From NCBI GenBank assembly GCA_000934665.2, contig KZ537999.1, positions 186,001-250,000 on the forward strand: 64,000 bases of DNA, read 5' to 3'. Of this stretch, positions 1 to 13,092 are shown in pieces. The position numbers and the translations under genes are program-made. The notes beneath the pieces are model-generated. The model saw only the letters and a program-made list of their open reading frames with translations, had not been told where the DNA came from and did not search any database. The stretch comes from Catajapyx aquilonaris. Its lineage: Eukaryota. Every line of letters starts with the position of its first letter. Position 1 is the first letter of the stretch.

Positions 1-3000
1 CTCTCCTCAAGGCTTACCCCGGATTATTAAAACTGCACCAGAAGCAAACGTCAGCAAACGTTAATTCGCGCTGCAAATCCAATTAGATCCCCCCCCCCCC
101 CCTCCCATGCTAAGGAATGCAAAACTCGCCAGTGACGTCGGTTGCAAAAGTCCAGGGAGATAGACGCCAATTTCGCAAACCACTTCCTGTCCTCACTTTG
201 ATCCATATTGTTAAGCTAAGGGCGCATGATGAGAGGAAAGGAGAGTTTGGTGGTTGTCGTCCTTTGACAACGTCGCTCAAGTGTATGTGCGCACCATTAT
301 AGTTTAATTCCAATCGCACTATAGTTGCAACTACTACGTCGCAACCAGCTTGCTATAAAATGGCACGAGCGGAATTCGCCCCCGCCAAAACTTGTTTCAT
401 TATACGTACATCTCCATTACCTTCTCATTCAGAACGGAATTCGAGCCACACCACAAGACCGTGCCCTACATATCATACAGTATTCCGCGCATTTAAGAAA
501 TTTAGCCCCGACCCACTTTTGGAAGGGGGCAAAACTGCTGGAGGATCAATAATTATAAATCACAGCCGGTCCTAATTATAGTCTCCAATGATACCACCAT
601 AACGACTTTATCTGCAACGTCCAAAAAAATATTACACAAAAATCGTCATATATCTGAGCAGAATGCAGCAGAACTTCGTCTGGCGCAGATTTTTATTTTA
701 TTTTATGAATTTGCCTTTCCGGATTAATATTTTGCAATACGTTTGTTGAATTGTTTCCAATATTATTACAGCAAAATATGAAATGTATAGACTAAGGATC
801 GAACTATGGACCTCGAACACTGGCATAACCTGCTACACCACTGACCTAGAAAGCATCGTGTTGTGTTTTTTTTATCAGTACAAGGTTGACATCCACAATG
901 TAACTCCATGGAAAGCCCCCCCCCCACTCTTTCCTTCTTTTATTTCGCCTGAAAAAGTAAAAAAAGGGAAAGAAAAGGTGGTGCAACCGCCGCGGACACT
1001 ATCTGCCAAATCTAATTTACGAGCCCGAAAAAAGGGGGTAAAAAGAAAAGGAGGGGTCCGGGATTTTCTTCTGAATAGTTGAGGAGCCATTATCAAGTTT
1101 TCGGAGGGTTGGCGCTGCAGGAGCACACTTTAGATAACGGGGGAAGCCTCCTTGCAATATCTGCAGCAGACGAAAGGTACCGCACTGCACATTTTTTTCT
1201 ATTCTTTTTTTTTTCGAAAAAAAATAATCCCAAACCATCTTTTCCTTTAAATCCAGCTACACCAGAAGGGCCGAATTTATTGGCCCCTTCCACACCAACC
1301 GACGCACAAATTAAAGGGGCCCGTAGGAGATAGTCGGGGCCTGTTAATTAGGTCCCTACGTGCGGCCCCAAAATTAGCTAATCAACAATTGATACTGTTC
1401 TTGGGAGCGGCAAAATGCCCAGCTACTCTCAGCTTCCCACCCCACCTAGCTATATACCCTAGGGCACAGATTTATTTTAATTAGGATGTTGACACGGGAG
1501 CGGACCGAACCGAAAAAAATTATATATAATGCGACCGCTCATTACACGCGCACACATGTGGACATATTCATTCATTACTCTTCATGAAAATCAACCCGTA
1601 TGTTCAATTAGCATGCCCTTCGAGGGGAGGGGGCAGAGTAGGCAATGCTTCCAAAAATATATATAACTACGGCGGTTTTCGCATTGCAAAAAATATATAC
1701 TCTCCCCCGTTTGCTGAGACACGGGGGCAACTGAATTAAAACTAATTACTGTGTGCGGGTATTTTGTATCGGCCACCTCTCTTCATTAAAGTTTAACAAA
1801 GCAACCTTAGCACGTGTATGAAAATTGACGCTAGTCCAGCCAAATAATTGAGGTGAAAATGTCTGAAAAAATTGCTAATTACTACGGAAAATTCAGATGA
1901 AACACACTGCTGAACATGGGCCCTCTTCTCTTACTTATTTCCTCACGAGAACGCGCAAAAACAGAACCGATTCCCCTTGAATAACTAGACTGAATAAGCC
2001 AACCGCAAAAGAACTACTGCGAAAAACTTGCCAAACCAGTGACCTAGCACAGGAACAGCTGGACGCAATTTATTCCACATTTTTGGGTGAAAACGCTCGG
2101 ATTTTGCCAGACAACCTACATTTTTCCCATCCCAGTAATTACGGCAAAAAAATCCGCATCTTACAAAATTTATTACACAGTATAACATCCCATTCATCAT
2201 ACGTTTTCCCCCTACCCATACAATGTTGGATATCTGCCAAAAACTTGCAGAACTTTTTTTTTTCATCTCTCTTCTCTCTCCCTTCCCCTTCTCTCTGGAA
2301 GCTTGATTACGATTTGGCCCCAAAACCTGGTGGTATAATACTCGCTCGGTTTGCTCGATGAGCACGGAAGATTGGTCCCCTTTGAAAGTGGAGGAAGGGA
2401 AAAGAGCCGTGTGCATTCATTCGCGACACTTTGCCTGACGACGACGAGTCCTCCTCCTCTGGTCCCCCCCTCTAAAATGAGCTACAGCCGCTTAATTTCA
2501 CCCCCATCTCCCCTCCCCTCACTCACTCACGCACGTGCCACATAGTCTATCACCATTTTTAAGGCTCAGCTTATTTCGCCTGGAAAAAGCGGACATTCAA
2601 ACAGTGGGCGCCAAAGTGTGGGTATTAGAGACATCTGTCGGCACATTCTGAAACGTACTAGTTCGGAAAAAAACCGCATCAGGCACTGTGCAACCATCAG
2701 CACTCTAGCAAGGCAAATCTTGCAGAAAAAATTACATATCTGTAATGACATGTCCTTCAAGCTCAATTATAAAAATTTACATACTAAAAAATGACTACTT
2801 TAGAACTAAAACTTGAATAGCTGGATAGTTAACAGACTGTTTGACAGCTAAAGTTGGCGACACCGCGAAAATGTGTAGCATTTTGCAGGCTATAGACTAG
2901 ACAAAAAAGAGCATGGCCCTCTCTTTCCCCCCCTAGCAAATCGAATAAATCAAGATGGCGGGCAATTTAGCGCCCAGGGGAATATAGTGTCTCAATTGGA

Positions 3001-6000
3001 ACCACTTTGAGGAAATTTTTTCCCTCCTCCTCCTCCCAGAGTGGGCAAATCGACAGAGAAATGTCTCCCGATTCGTCTGCACCTGATGATGAAGACAATA
3101 TAAAAAGTGCCTCGCGCCCCCTCAAGAAAATCGCTGAGCTCGATTCTTCGCACATTTGGAGCGTCTCGAAAAGTGGACTAATAATTCTGCAGCGCTGCTG
3201 GATTCCTCTGGAGGAATCCAAGAAGAAGGGGAAAAAAGTGGAGAGGCGCAGATCGGTGTAATTTATGTTCGAATTAACCTGCTGAAGAGGCAGGGGATTA
3301 AAATCCGAAGAAATGGTTCCAGCAGGCACCTGACTTCCTTGACGCCTGGCAATTAACAACACCTTCAAGTGATTCACTTCCTCGGATGAGAAATCATAAA
3401 AGAATGTAGGATTCACTGGTTGTTTAATATTTCTTCTGAACTTATGAAAACAATTTCTGATTACAAATTTTTTAAACTAGTAATGAATCAGCAGTCTCCT
3501 TGTATCTAGCATTACTGAACTGGCTGTAAGGCCTAACTGACAGTATTGTATAAGCTCACAAGCTCTTATCGCTTCCCTAGCAGGTGAGGGACGTCAGCTC
3601 CTTACAAGAATACTCTTAGTCTGTACTATGTGACGTTCTCACCCTAGTTCATCCCTGGATTGGGGAGGGTGCAAGCCAAGAATGAGCCTCCCTGGATCAA
3701 TGTGTCCAATCAACTTGCACTGTCGCCGTTTCCACCTCGTCTGAACACAGGAATCGTCTGACAACACGTGCTGCTGGGGAGGGAGAGGAAAAAAAAAGTA
3801 AAAAATTTTTCTCCATCAGACACACATGTTGCTTAACGACGTCCTGATTATTGCAAGGCATGCATCAAACCCGTGTGTATAGCGAGGCATCTAGACAGCT
3901 GAAGAATGAACGTCGCGAATTTATTGGGCCTCCGTCAAACAGTCCAGATAACAAATTTTTTTCTCCCCGGATGGCCTCGAGGGGGACAAATCAAACCGGG
4001 CGGAATCCTCAGCATGATACCAATTATCCGGACCGAGAATCTCAAACGTAACGAATCTTCTCCGGGACATCCAGTTGCTTCCATCACGATTCCCTCAAAA
4101 AGTGATGGAAATATCTTGTCCGAACAAGCATCATCTCTCTCTTTGAGTGTGTATATATATCTTGCAGTATTTTTTTCTGTAGGTTTGCAATAGCAGACCA
4201 CGTCGTTTGTTATCCGACGCCACAGTGTCTTCAGACGTGCAATCAATTCTCGGTCATAAATTTTCCGGATCGGTTCCGGACCTGGTCCAGTTTCCTGGTT
4301 TTCACCTGATTCACATGGATAACAAAGCCCTGAAATTTCCCCCCACAAACAACCAGGGCCAGCTGCCAGAGAAAAAGCGAGACGCAACACCCGAACAATA
4401 TTTCTCACTTTTGGTGGTTGTTTGGTGCATTTGCATGATTGGATTCCATTAGTGAGCAAAACAAGGCGGGAAGGCATGAAAGAATGGGCTACAGCGTAGT
4501 CCCATATATGTGTGGGTGTGGGGGTGCGACAGAAAGCAGCAGACATTGATTATCCGGTGGATATGCCCGCCGCGGATGATGGCATTAATGTCAACATGAG
4601 TGACTCCAAGGGGAAACAATATGAACCCCCACCATGCCACCGAATCTCGGCCTGGTCAACGCCACCTGAATGATTGGCCAATTTGAAACCATTTGCTTGT
4701 CACCTGTCCATCATCCCAAACTACACACGCCCAGAAATATTTTTCCTCTCATCCACAATCATTTCGTGCGCTAATCCTCTATCCATTTTAGTCCACAACC
4801 ATTCATGTACGAAATATTTCGTTGGGTAACAAAAAGTGTGAAAAGTGCCACCGTAAACAATCTCCTCATCATATTAGTCGCGCAAAATGGCTCGAAAAAA
4901 AACACCCACAAGAATGGGGGAAAAAGCCCTTTTCTTTAATACTGTCATGTCGCATACCAAATCGGAATAATGATGAGCCTCCCAGTGTTTATAATTGGAA
5001 AAATCCTACCCGATCGATCCTCTATACCCGCCCCCTCTGAAACTCTCTTTTTGTTTGAAGTTGCCATCTCCATTATTGATTTGGACCGCGGTGAGAAGAG
5101 TTCGGGGGGAACAGATGGATCGGTGAACCATCGGATTATTTTGCGGGATCCAAACCCACCCCTACCCCCACCCAAAAAAACTCACTCGATGGGGACCTCC
5201 CCTAGGATTTCGGGCAGGTCCGGAACAAAACTCCGGGACTAGATGCAATATTCACCATAGTTTTTCCCCTATTCTCCAGGAGCTCTAATTACTGACTAGG
5301 GGTGTAGAAAGGCATAGAAAAAAAAAATAGTTCTGCTCGAGTCCTGCATTGCTGCGAAAAAGGCATTCAGAGACTGAAACTTTCCAGGCGGACACGTTAT
5401 TAAAATCCGCCATTTCCAGGCTACGACTCGAGCAATAAAGTCGCCTCCAAGTTGTGTGCAAAACGTCGTGAAAAGATATGGCTCATAAGAGGTTATTAGC
5501 GTGACTCCAACTTTTCCTCAGTTTTGCACGGAGGCAAAATGAGTGCAAAAAGAGCGCAACTGCCAGTAATATTATTTAATCTACCACATGTTCAAATTGG
5601 AGGTTATTCTTCACCCAATTTTGTTCCCACGACTGTCATGATGTGCTATATTCAAAATCTAAGATCAATCACAGTATTGCTTTTTTTTCTTCTCCCCTCT
5701 CTTTTTTCTCTTCGCGATACAACCATCTGATGCTGGTGCCTCTATGTATTTCTCTTTCTTTCTACTTTCCCAAGACCGCAAAAGAACTTTGTTCCCCTCG
5801 TGCCCCTCCCCATCATCCTTCTCTGATTTTCCCCTCTTGTCTCTTTGTTCCCTTTTTCAGCACGTGGTCAAGCTTGGTGTTCCTATGCTTTGAGTCCATC
5901 TTGCCCTTTCATCACTCCCCCGCTTTGAATCCTCTTTGGAAACCTCTCTGCTCTTCTTCTTCCTTCCTTTTTTTCTCCCTCTCCTTTCGATCATTCTTCA

Positions 6001-9000
6001 CATCCAGCATCTGCCCTTAAATCAACGGAAGAAAACTTACAACCAACCCCCCCGCGGTGTATTTTTCTGCCAAAAAAAAAGAAAGAAGAAGGCTCATTTT
6101 CCTCTTCATTTGTTGGCCGATTCTCCTTGCCGAAGCGGGCATTCCACGCATTCTTTTCGCAATCATCTCTAGAAGGTACACACAAAACTTTCTCCGGATA
6201 TATATAAAAAGTTGTGCCCGATCTTTTCAATCCTTTTTGCGAATCAAATTCTCCCCTTTTTTGTGGGGACCCACTTCTATACACTGGGTAACAAGAAATT
6301 CTCGACCTCTGCTCCGCCCAATAATATTTCCGACTTGATATCGCCCGAATTTCACGCTCCACCTGAAACGTCTACATTCTGAACAATGTCGCTCCTCGAG
6401 TATGAAAGACATGTCGTTAGAGACCAAAAAGAGAGAGGAAGTTTCGGGGAAAACTCAATGGACCACGGAGACGATTTTCTCCTCGGGCCATCAACTCTTC
6501 CCATAGTAATCTGCTTATTAAGCCATCGCCACTAAACTTTTTCCGCCCAACCAAACGGCTCTTTCGCCCCCCAAAACGCATCAACCACATTCCGTGTTTG
6601 CTCGAGCCTGTAATTCCATTTCTGGAGTTAGCCTTTTTTTTTGCCCCCTCCATCTCTCCCTGTGGGCTTTGTCAATATAAGATCATGTAATAGCGATCTA
6701 AAGCTTTCAGGTTCTGCCACCGGACACAATTTATTTTTATGTTGAAGTAAAGACATGCACGTTCTATAGCCATACCCTCAAGTGTAGACAATGTAATGTG
6801 TACTATTGCCCGCTTCAGTTGTCCCAGTTGTAATAACGTCAATAAATGCATTAATTCTAAAGGGACATTCTGACTCACCCGGCGTGACATTACCATACCC
6901 GACGGGCTTTTAAAAGCATCGCAATATTTTTTTTCTTTCTCCCAGGCATCAACCACATCTCGAGCTCTGTAATTCCATTCCTGTAGAGTTAGCCGAAAAC
7001 CTGGTTTTCCCTTCCCCCGGTCGCAAATATAATTATACTAACGTCTCCATAGAATTAAAAACGTAAAGAAAACGTAGAGAAAGCGGGGTGCTCTCGGCGG
7101 CAAAAAGGAAAGTTAGGTATACACCATTGCCTTTGGGAATCTGCTCTTATTTTCCATGAAGGCAAAAGAGGTGGATAGGAAGAGTAGGAGGAGAGGGGGG
7201 GGGGGTATTCTCATTACAGCAAGAAGAGCCCGAATGGGTCATCCCATTAGGACTTCCTCCATTGGCCATTGAAAATAGCGAAGCGTGGAGTGCACCTCAA
7301 AGGAATATTGGTCTGAATAGACGGGGGAGGGAAACTCGGAAAGGAAAGAGAGACTAGTGGGGGTGGATGGGTTGGGAGAGGAAAAAGGAAGTAACAAGTT
7401 GGAATTCTCCTCCCTTCAAATAAGGCAATGGCTTTGTACAAAGGGGGAAAGGGGTAGCTTTGCGTCAATTAGGGGAAACATTTCCAGTTGCCCAAAGACG
7501 TGATCATCACGGTCACGGAGCTCCAACCCGGCTTTCCATCCCTAATTTGCATGCCCCCCTCTCTTTTTTTTCGTGGGGCCCCCTCAATACCATTACGTCG
7601 CCAATAAATGTCAATAATAAACGCTCCACCTTATTGATTCAGAGAACCGCCTCCCACGGTTGCATATACACCCCCCTTCAGAAAGAATGTGGAAAATGTG
7701 AGGCTCCTGATCGGAATCCCAGGCAGCGCAGGGAGCAATTTGCACCGAACATCTTCCTCATCTGTTTGCAGAATAACAAAACGGTGGGAGAGGAACTTGG
7801 TTTTCATTTTTATCCTGGTAGGAGGAGGAGGGGGGAAAGTTTCTTCCCAACTTTTTTCTTCTTCTTCACTATACCTTCTGATGTGTAGACGAAATATTGT
7901 ATATGCCGCGATTGGAATACCGCCTCGGGGGTTTCCCCTGCAAAAAAAAATATAGAAAAAATCAGGGATGAATATGGACCGAATTGATGCTGAGGTTGCA
8001 GACAGGAATACGCAAACGTCTTTGCTCCCAATTGTGGCGGATTCAATTTCAGAAGGTACAGGAAGTTCTGGTAAGAATCAAGAGCTGCAATGAATCCGAA
8101 GATATTTCAAAAAATTAATTTTGTGTATTCTTAGAACTTGTTGTGACACACCCTGTGTCGGACAAAAGTGCATCTAATAAATAGTTTCGTCCCATCTCAT
8201 ATTCTGCTCCAGTCGCAAGAGTGAATTCCTCCAGGAAGAATAAGGGAAAAAAGGGAGGGGACGTCATTACCTCGGGAAGAACCTGACTCTGACATTGACG
8301 ACAGCATCAATAAGTAGAATTCCTTCAGGAAATATACGGCGAAGGAAACCCCCCCGCTTACATCGTGTTGCTGGCGTTTTTGGCCTCCTTTTTTTCTATT
8401 TCCTCTGACTTTATTTCCGGTCTTATTTTAAGCATGCAGTTTCTATAACTTCTATATTCGTATAGTGTGCTTAGAAAGGCTGCCAATGCGTCAATGCAGA
8501 TAAAGTGACGTTCGAATGACGTCAACAATGCATAATATGATTATTTGCGTTTTCACATTGGCAATGACTAATCATTATTAATTGCATCCCACTCTTGTTG
8601 AAACGTCACGCATGGTATTTGCAAAAAAAAAAAAAAAACAGTGAGCAAGAATCCACTGAATAAGTGCCGATGCGAATCTTGATGGACAAGCGCGTGACGG
8701 TGAACAATGTGCATAATGACATGATGAACCCGTCAGATACCATTGTTCACACCAGCACACACAAAAAATGCTGTTGACAGGCAATATTTTTGACGCCATT
8801 AATCCGCAGTAATATATAGTTGAAGCCGCAGATAACGGTCGACGGTATCAAAAATGTGCATAAAAATGTGCCACCTCTACCTGTATATCCAACCGTTGCA
8901 CAAATTATGCAGATTGGTTCAACTGATGGTTAGCAATAAGCTGCTAAATTTTTATAATTAACTTTGGAATATCTGCTTTTAGAGCTTACGAGAATATTTT

Positions 9001-12000
9001 TATTATATTTAATGAATCAATTCATCCAAATATTGGCAGCTAATATAACCTTGTAGAGCGACTATTGCAGATTGGAAATATAAGGTTAATTTAACTGCTT
9101 CAGAGGAAATATTATCTGCTAATATTAGATTCAAACTTTATTTATGTCAACTTCTAAGTGTATCGTCGATAATCGTTCCAATGCCATACATTTTCTGTCG
9201 ATTTTTCAGATTTCGTCATAGCATGACTTTGAAAACATTTTTAGCACTGCTGTAAGTTGGTGCTGGGTTTTCACAGAAATAATGAGCGTGATGAGTCACT
9301 GGGATATTGGTTCTCTCCACGCCCACGCCCGATATTATGCTGTACTGTACAATGCTCGGCATCAGAAAAGTTGGAAGGGTAATTATATTATGGGTTGTTA
9401 GTTACCTCCATTATACAGGCTTTCCTTTCATGAGAAACTGGATGCCTCTGGATACTTTACACGTAATGTTATTGTATTCCTTAGTTATTCCAATAATAGA
9501 GACCATCCGTGCGTATACATACACGGACCTAACTCAAACAATTCATTTTCATGCAGGCAGCATGCCCGAGGTGTCAAGTTGTGCTAAGCAAACATTGAAG
9601 CAAAAATGCTTTAAAAATATAATATGTAAAATAACAAGCTAACATTGTGGTAGGGAAAGTACAACCAAAAGCTTATGCAAATTCGCATTTTTAACACCTC
9701 GAGCTCTGTTAAACTGCGACGAACGCAAGAACTTTATTTAAAAAAATTATTACTCTAACCAAGTCAACTGTCTGTAAATAATCTTTAAAAAGCCTAGTAA
9801 AAGCAATGAACTTTTGGTTTATCCAAGGTGGTGCCCTGTACATGTGGCAGTTAAGGGAATAAGTTAAGGTGAAGACACACCAATCAGTGCAGCAGATTTC
9901 ACTTTATAAACTATTACCTCAACAATTAGCTTAACAAGCATTATTGTCGCTTCAAATGAGTTGATTCTGTTTAAACACATTAAGCAATTTCTCCTCACAT
10001 TGAATTGTTGATTTGTTAGTGCAATAACTTGTATGCAGAGTAAACCACAAGCACAAAAAATCATTTATTGATGTGCAGAAAATAAGGTTAATATGTTAAT
10101 ACGTCGAGGAGAGTTCCACATTCCTCTCCTCAACATTGCAGTGTTTATATTATCCACTGCAAACTCCCGCATACCAAAAAATATATAAATAATGTATAAG
10201 TTGGGTTGGTAACCCGCTGCGTATCTCACACCCCCACATTTTCCAATCCCATTTTGAATATTCAAACGTCCACGCCATATTTGCCTACCACATATAAATA
10301 CTGCGGAGCGTCACAAAAACCACTGATTTTTAGCTTGTAACCCAAAATTAAATTTCGAGCTGCCAAAAAAAACCGCCACAATTTTTGTGTGTGTGTGTGT
10401 CAATGACTCCACCGCCCCCGCTTGCAGAATGTAATATTCAGCGTTATGTAACATGTCAAAAAACTATTCATTGAATTCATTATCCGCTGCCTGTGGTCAT
10501 TTTGCGGCCGTCCAACAAACTATGCATCCCTAATAACCCGTCGGGGGCACATTCTGGCCTTGCATTAATTTATGCCCCCGCCGTACGGTGTACGGGCCGG
10601 TACCGCACTACGTCCTATTGTCACATTACAAAAATAATCCGCAGGGCTGCGTAAATTTCATCGCCCCAGCTTTTAATCGCTTCCCTTTTTTAATCTCTTT
10701 TCCACCACTCCATCATTATCCTCTTTCATCATTCAAGAAGGTATCGATTACAATGCGCCATTTGTACAGCAAGGACATCACACGTCGAGGGGGAAGAGTA
10801 CAATCCAGCTTTTTGTTCCAGAGGTGATTAATACTTCTTCCCTCCGTCAACCGCAAGAACAATGGTACTTATCTCCACAAAATTTCCCCCCAACCGCTTA
10901 TTTGCACAGCGGACTAATCCGAGTAAGACGAGAAAACCCGGTTCCGAATAAAACACAACTTGCTTTTCCATTGTCCCCTGACGAACAGGATAGCTTTCCA
11001 CTAAATGCAAGTAAACCTCTCTCTCTCTCTCCCCCAGCAGTCTCTCTCTGTTGGTGGAAAATCCAGCCGGGTGTGCAGCATATACACTATAGGAGAGTGG
11101 GAACAGCTGACATTTTCCCGAAAAACTGTTGCTTCGGTTCTGCACAGGGTGTATCAGAATTCGGTTCCTCACAAAGTCCATCGCCCTCCACTCTTTTTTT
11201 TCCCCACCCCAAAATTTTCCCATTCGCCTGTATTTGTACGTATATGAACTAATCCTAGTCTCCTCCGTCCCAAATGCAAATTTGGAACGATCACAGGAAT
11301 TGGATGACGTTTTCCGATGCGATAAACAATTTCATTTTGTCGATTTTTTTTTCAACAGAAAAAAAGAACAGGGTTTGAGTGTGGGTGGGGTTGGGATATC
11401 GTGGTGTGTGCGGGATGCGCACAGAGGCATGCACTTTCATGAATTAAGCAACTTCAACAAGCAATTGAAACCCGGCGGCTCGTGTGGAAACGAGAGGGGG
11501 GACTCCACTTACAAAGGCTGCAAGAGGAGGGTTTAAACCGTGTGTTTTACTCGAAATTTCGTATGTTAGGGGAATATAGTATAACATGTGGAGTAGCCTA
11601 TATGTACGTTTATAGTGTGCGCGACTTTAAATGGCGGTGGAGTTATCGGTTTGTAATAGTTGCAATCGGTTGGTAACTATAGTTCATGTTGGCAGCGCAA
11701 ATGCTTTACAATGGAATTAAAAATTCAGTCCGTAATTCCAAGACTGGCTGGGTTATGTGATGCGTACGCAATAAATGAGTGAAATGTGACCAAAGGGGTC
11801 TGCTATAATATACAAAGCAGAACTCTTTGAATGTGACTGTGATTGTTCTGCGTTTACTGTCCGTTTCCCTATCAACAACAACAATCAAGCGTTTTTGTTT
11901 ATAAAATTCATAGCATCTAATTCCGGCATTCGAATCGGTTCGTTCTAAAGTCTCAGCGGAACATCTTCGGGTAATTGGCAGGTAAGTGCGCCACATGCGA

Positions 12001-12063
12001 TCCCCATCCCAAAAAAGAAAGGTCAGTGCTTACTTCCTACCACCTCCTATAGAATCGCCAACA

Positions 12064-13092
12064 ATGGCGAATGCAATGGATCCGCCGCCAAAGCCCAACC
12101 GAGTCCCCAACGGATCCTTCGTGGTCGGAGGAGTGGTCGAAAACATGTGGTGCATCGCCGATGGGGACATTGACCATCTGGAGATCACCAGCCCTCGAGA
12201 CGTCGCCGACATCTCAATCCAGATGAAATCAAGCGACGAAAGGGCCTACCTGGACCACAAAGAGTTCTGCTTCTCCTCCGACGGGGACTTAATGGACGAG
12301 TATTTCTACCATGCAGGAAGCGAGGAGAAGGCAAGAACATTGGTTTATTACTTGCAGAAATTTACGCCATCTGTGATGGTAGAAATTTGAACTATAGAAC
12401 ACGAGTGCTAACATGCGCTTTTACTGTTGTTGAAGGTGTTGCTGTCGGCGGGCGGAGATATCAAAGGAGTCGAGTTCCAGTTTTGCGGGTGGGTGAAGCA
12501 GATCAACGTGGACTCGCGTAACCTGACCAACTTCCGGATCAACTACCCGACGCAGCCCTCAGCACCAAAGACCACTTCGAGTGAGACCATCAGCGACGGG
12601 AAGTGGCTCAAGACTGTGACACTGTCGTTGGAAGGATGCGACCTCGTCGTTCAGATCAAGACCGACGTGTACCTCGGAAACGACCAACCGAGTCTCACTC
12701 CAGTAAGCGCCACTTTTGGCAAACCCGTCCCTCCCGACGACGAGGACAGCGACAGCGACTCAATTGCTGAAAATATTTTCAACCGGCTCGGTACAGAAGA
12801 CAACGACATGTATGCCGGGTATCACAGCGATGAGGAGGAACGTGCCATGACATATTTCAGTTGTGGTATGAACGATCCTGCAGCAGGTGACAATGCTGCC
12901 ATCGGAGAGTATTCTGGAGGCGGCGACGATGAGTATGTCACAGATCCACAGGACAATCTAGAGATTCCAGATGAGGAACCACCTCGTCATGCTCGCCTGT
13001 GCGACCATGCCTTGCTATCAGCGAGTTTGGCATTGTTTCACACCAATGACTCCTCTTCCGACAGTGACAACGAAATTTCTGACGTCCTGTAA
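12064..13092 (+). CDS. Orphan spliced gene, ~307 aa: beta-rich N-terminal repeat domain plus Asp/Glu-rich C-terminal tail; function unknown
   Basis: ATG in good context (ccaacaATGG) at 12064, after a 5'UTR intron 11982-12052 (CAG|GTAAGT ... ctcctatAG). Coding exon 12064-12330 (or to 12378) joins in phase 0 to exon 12436-13092, with branch point CTAAC near 12408 and acceptor ttgttgaAG. The exons are GC-richer than the flanks, and AATAAA lies at 13383. Confidence 0.75.

Noticed and set aside
8818..8925. Possible decayed AGTTGAA...TTCAACTG MITE
   Set aside because: TIR match too short and no intact target duplication.
1..11900. Many 60-200 aa ORFs in the track (e.g. 3935-4546 minus, 5643-6020 plus)
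   Set aside because: They translate low-complexity sequence (poly-K/F/P/G from homopolymers), show no recognisable motifs, and form no consistent splice chain.
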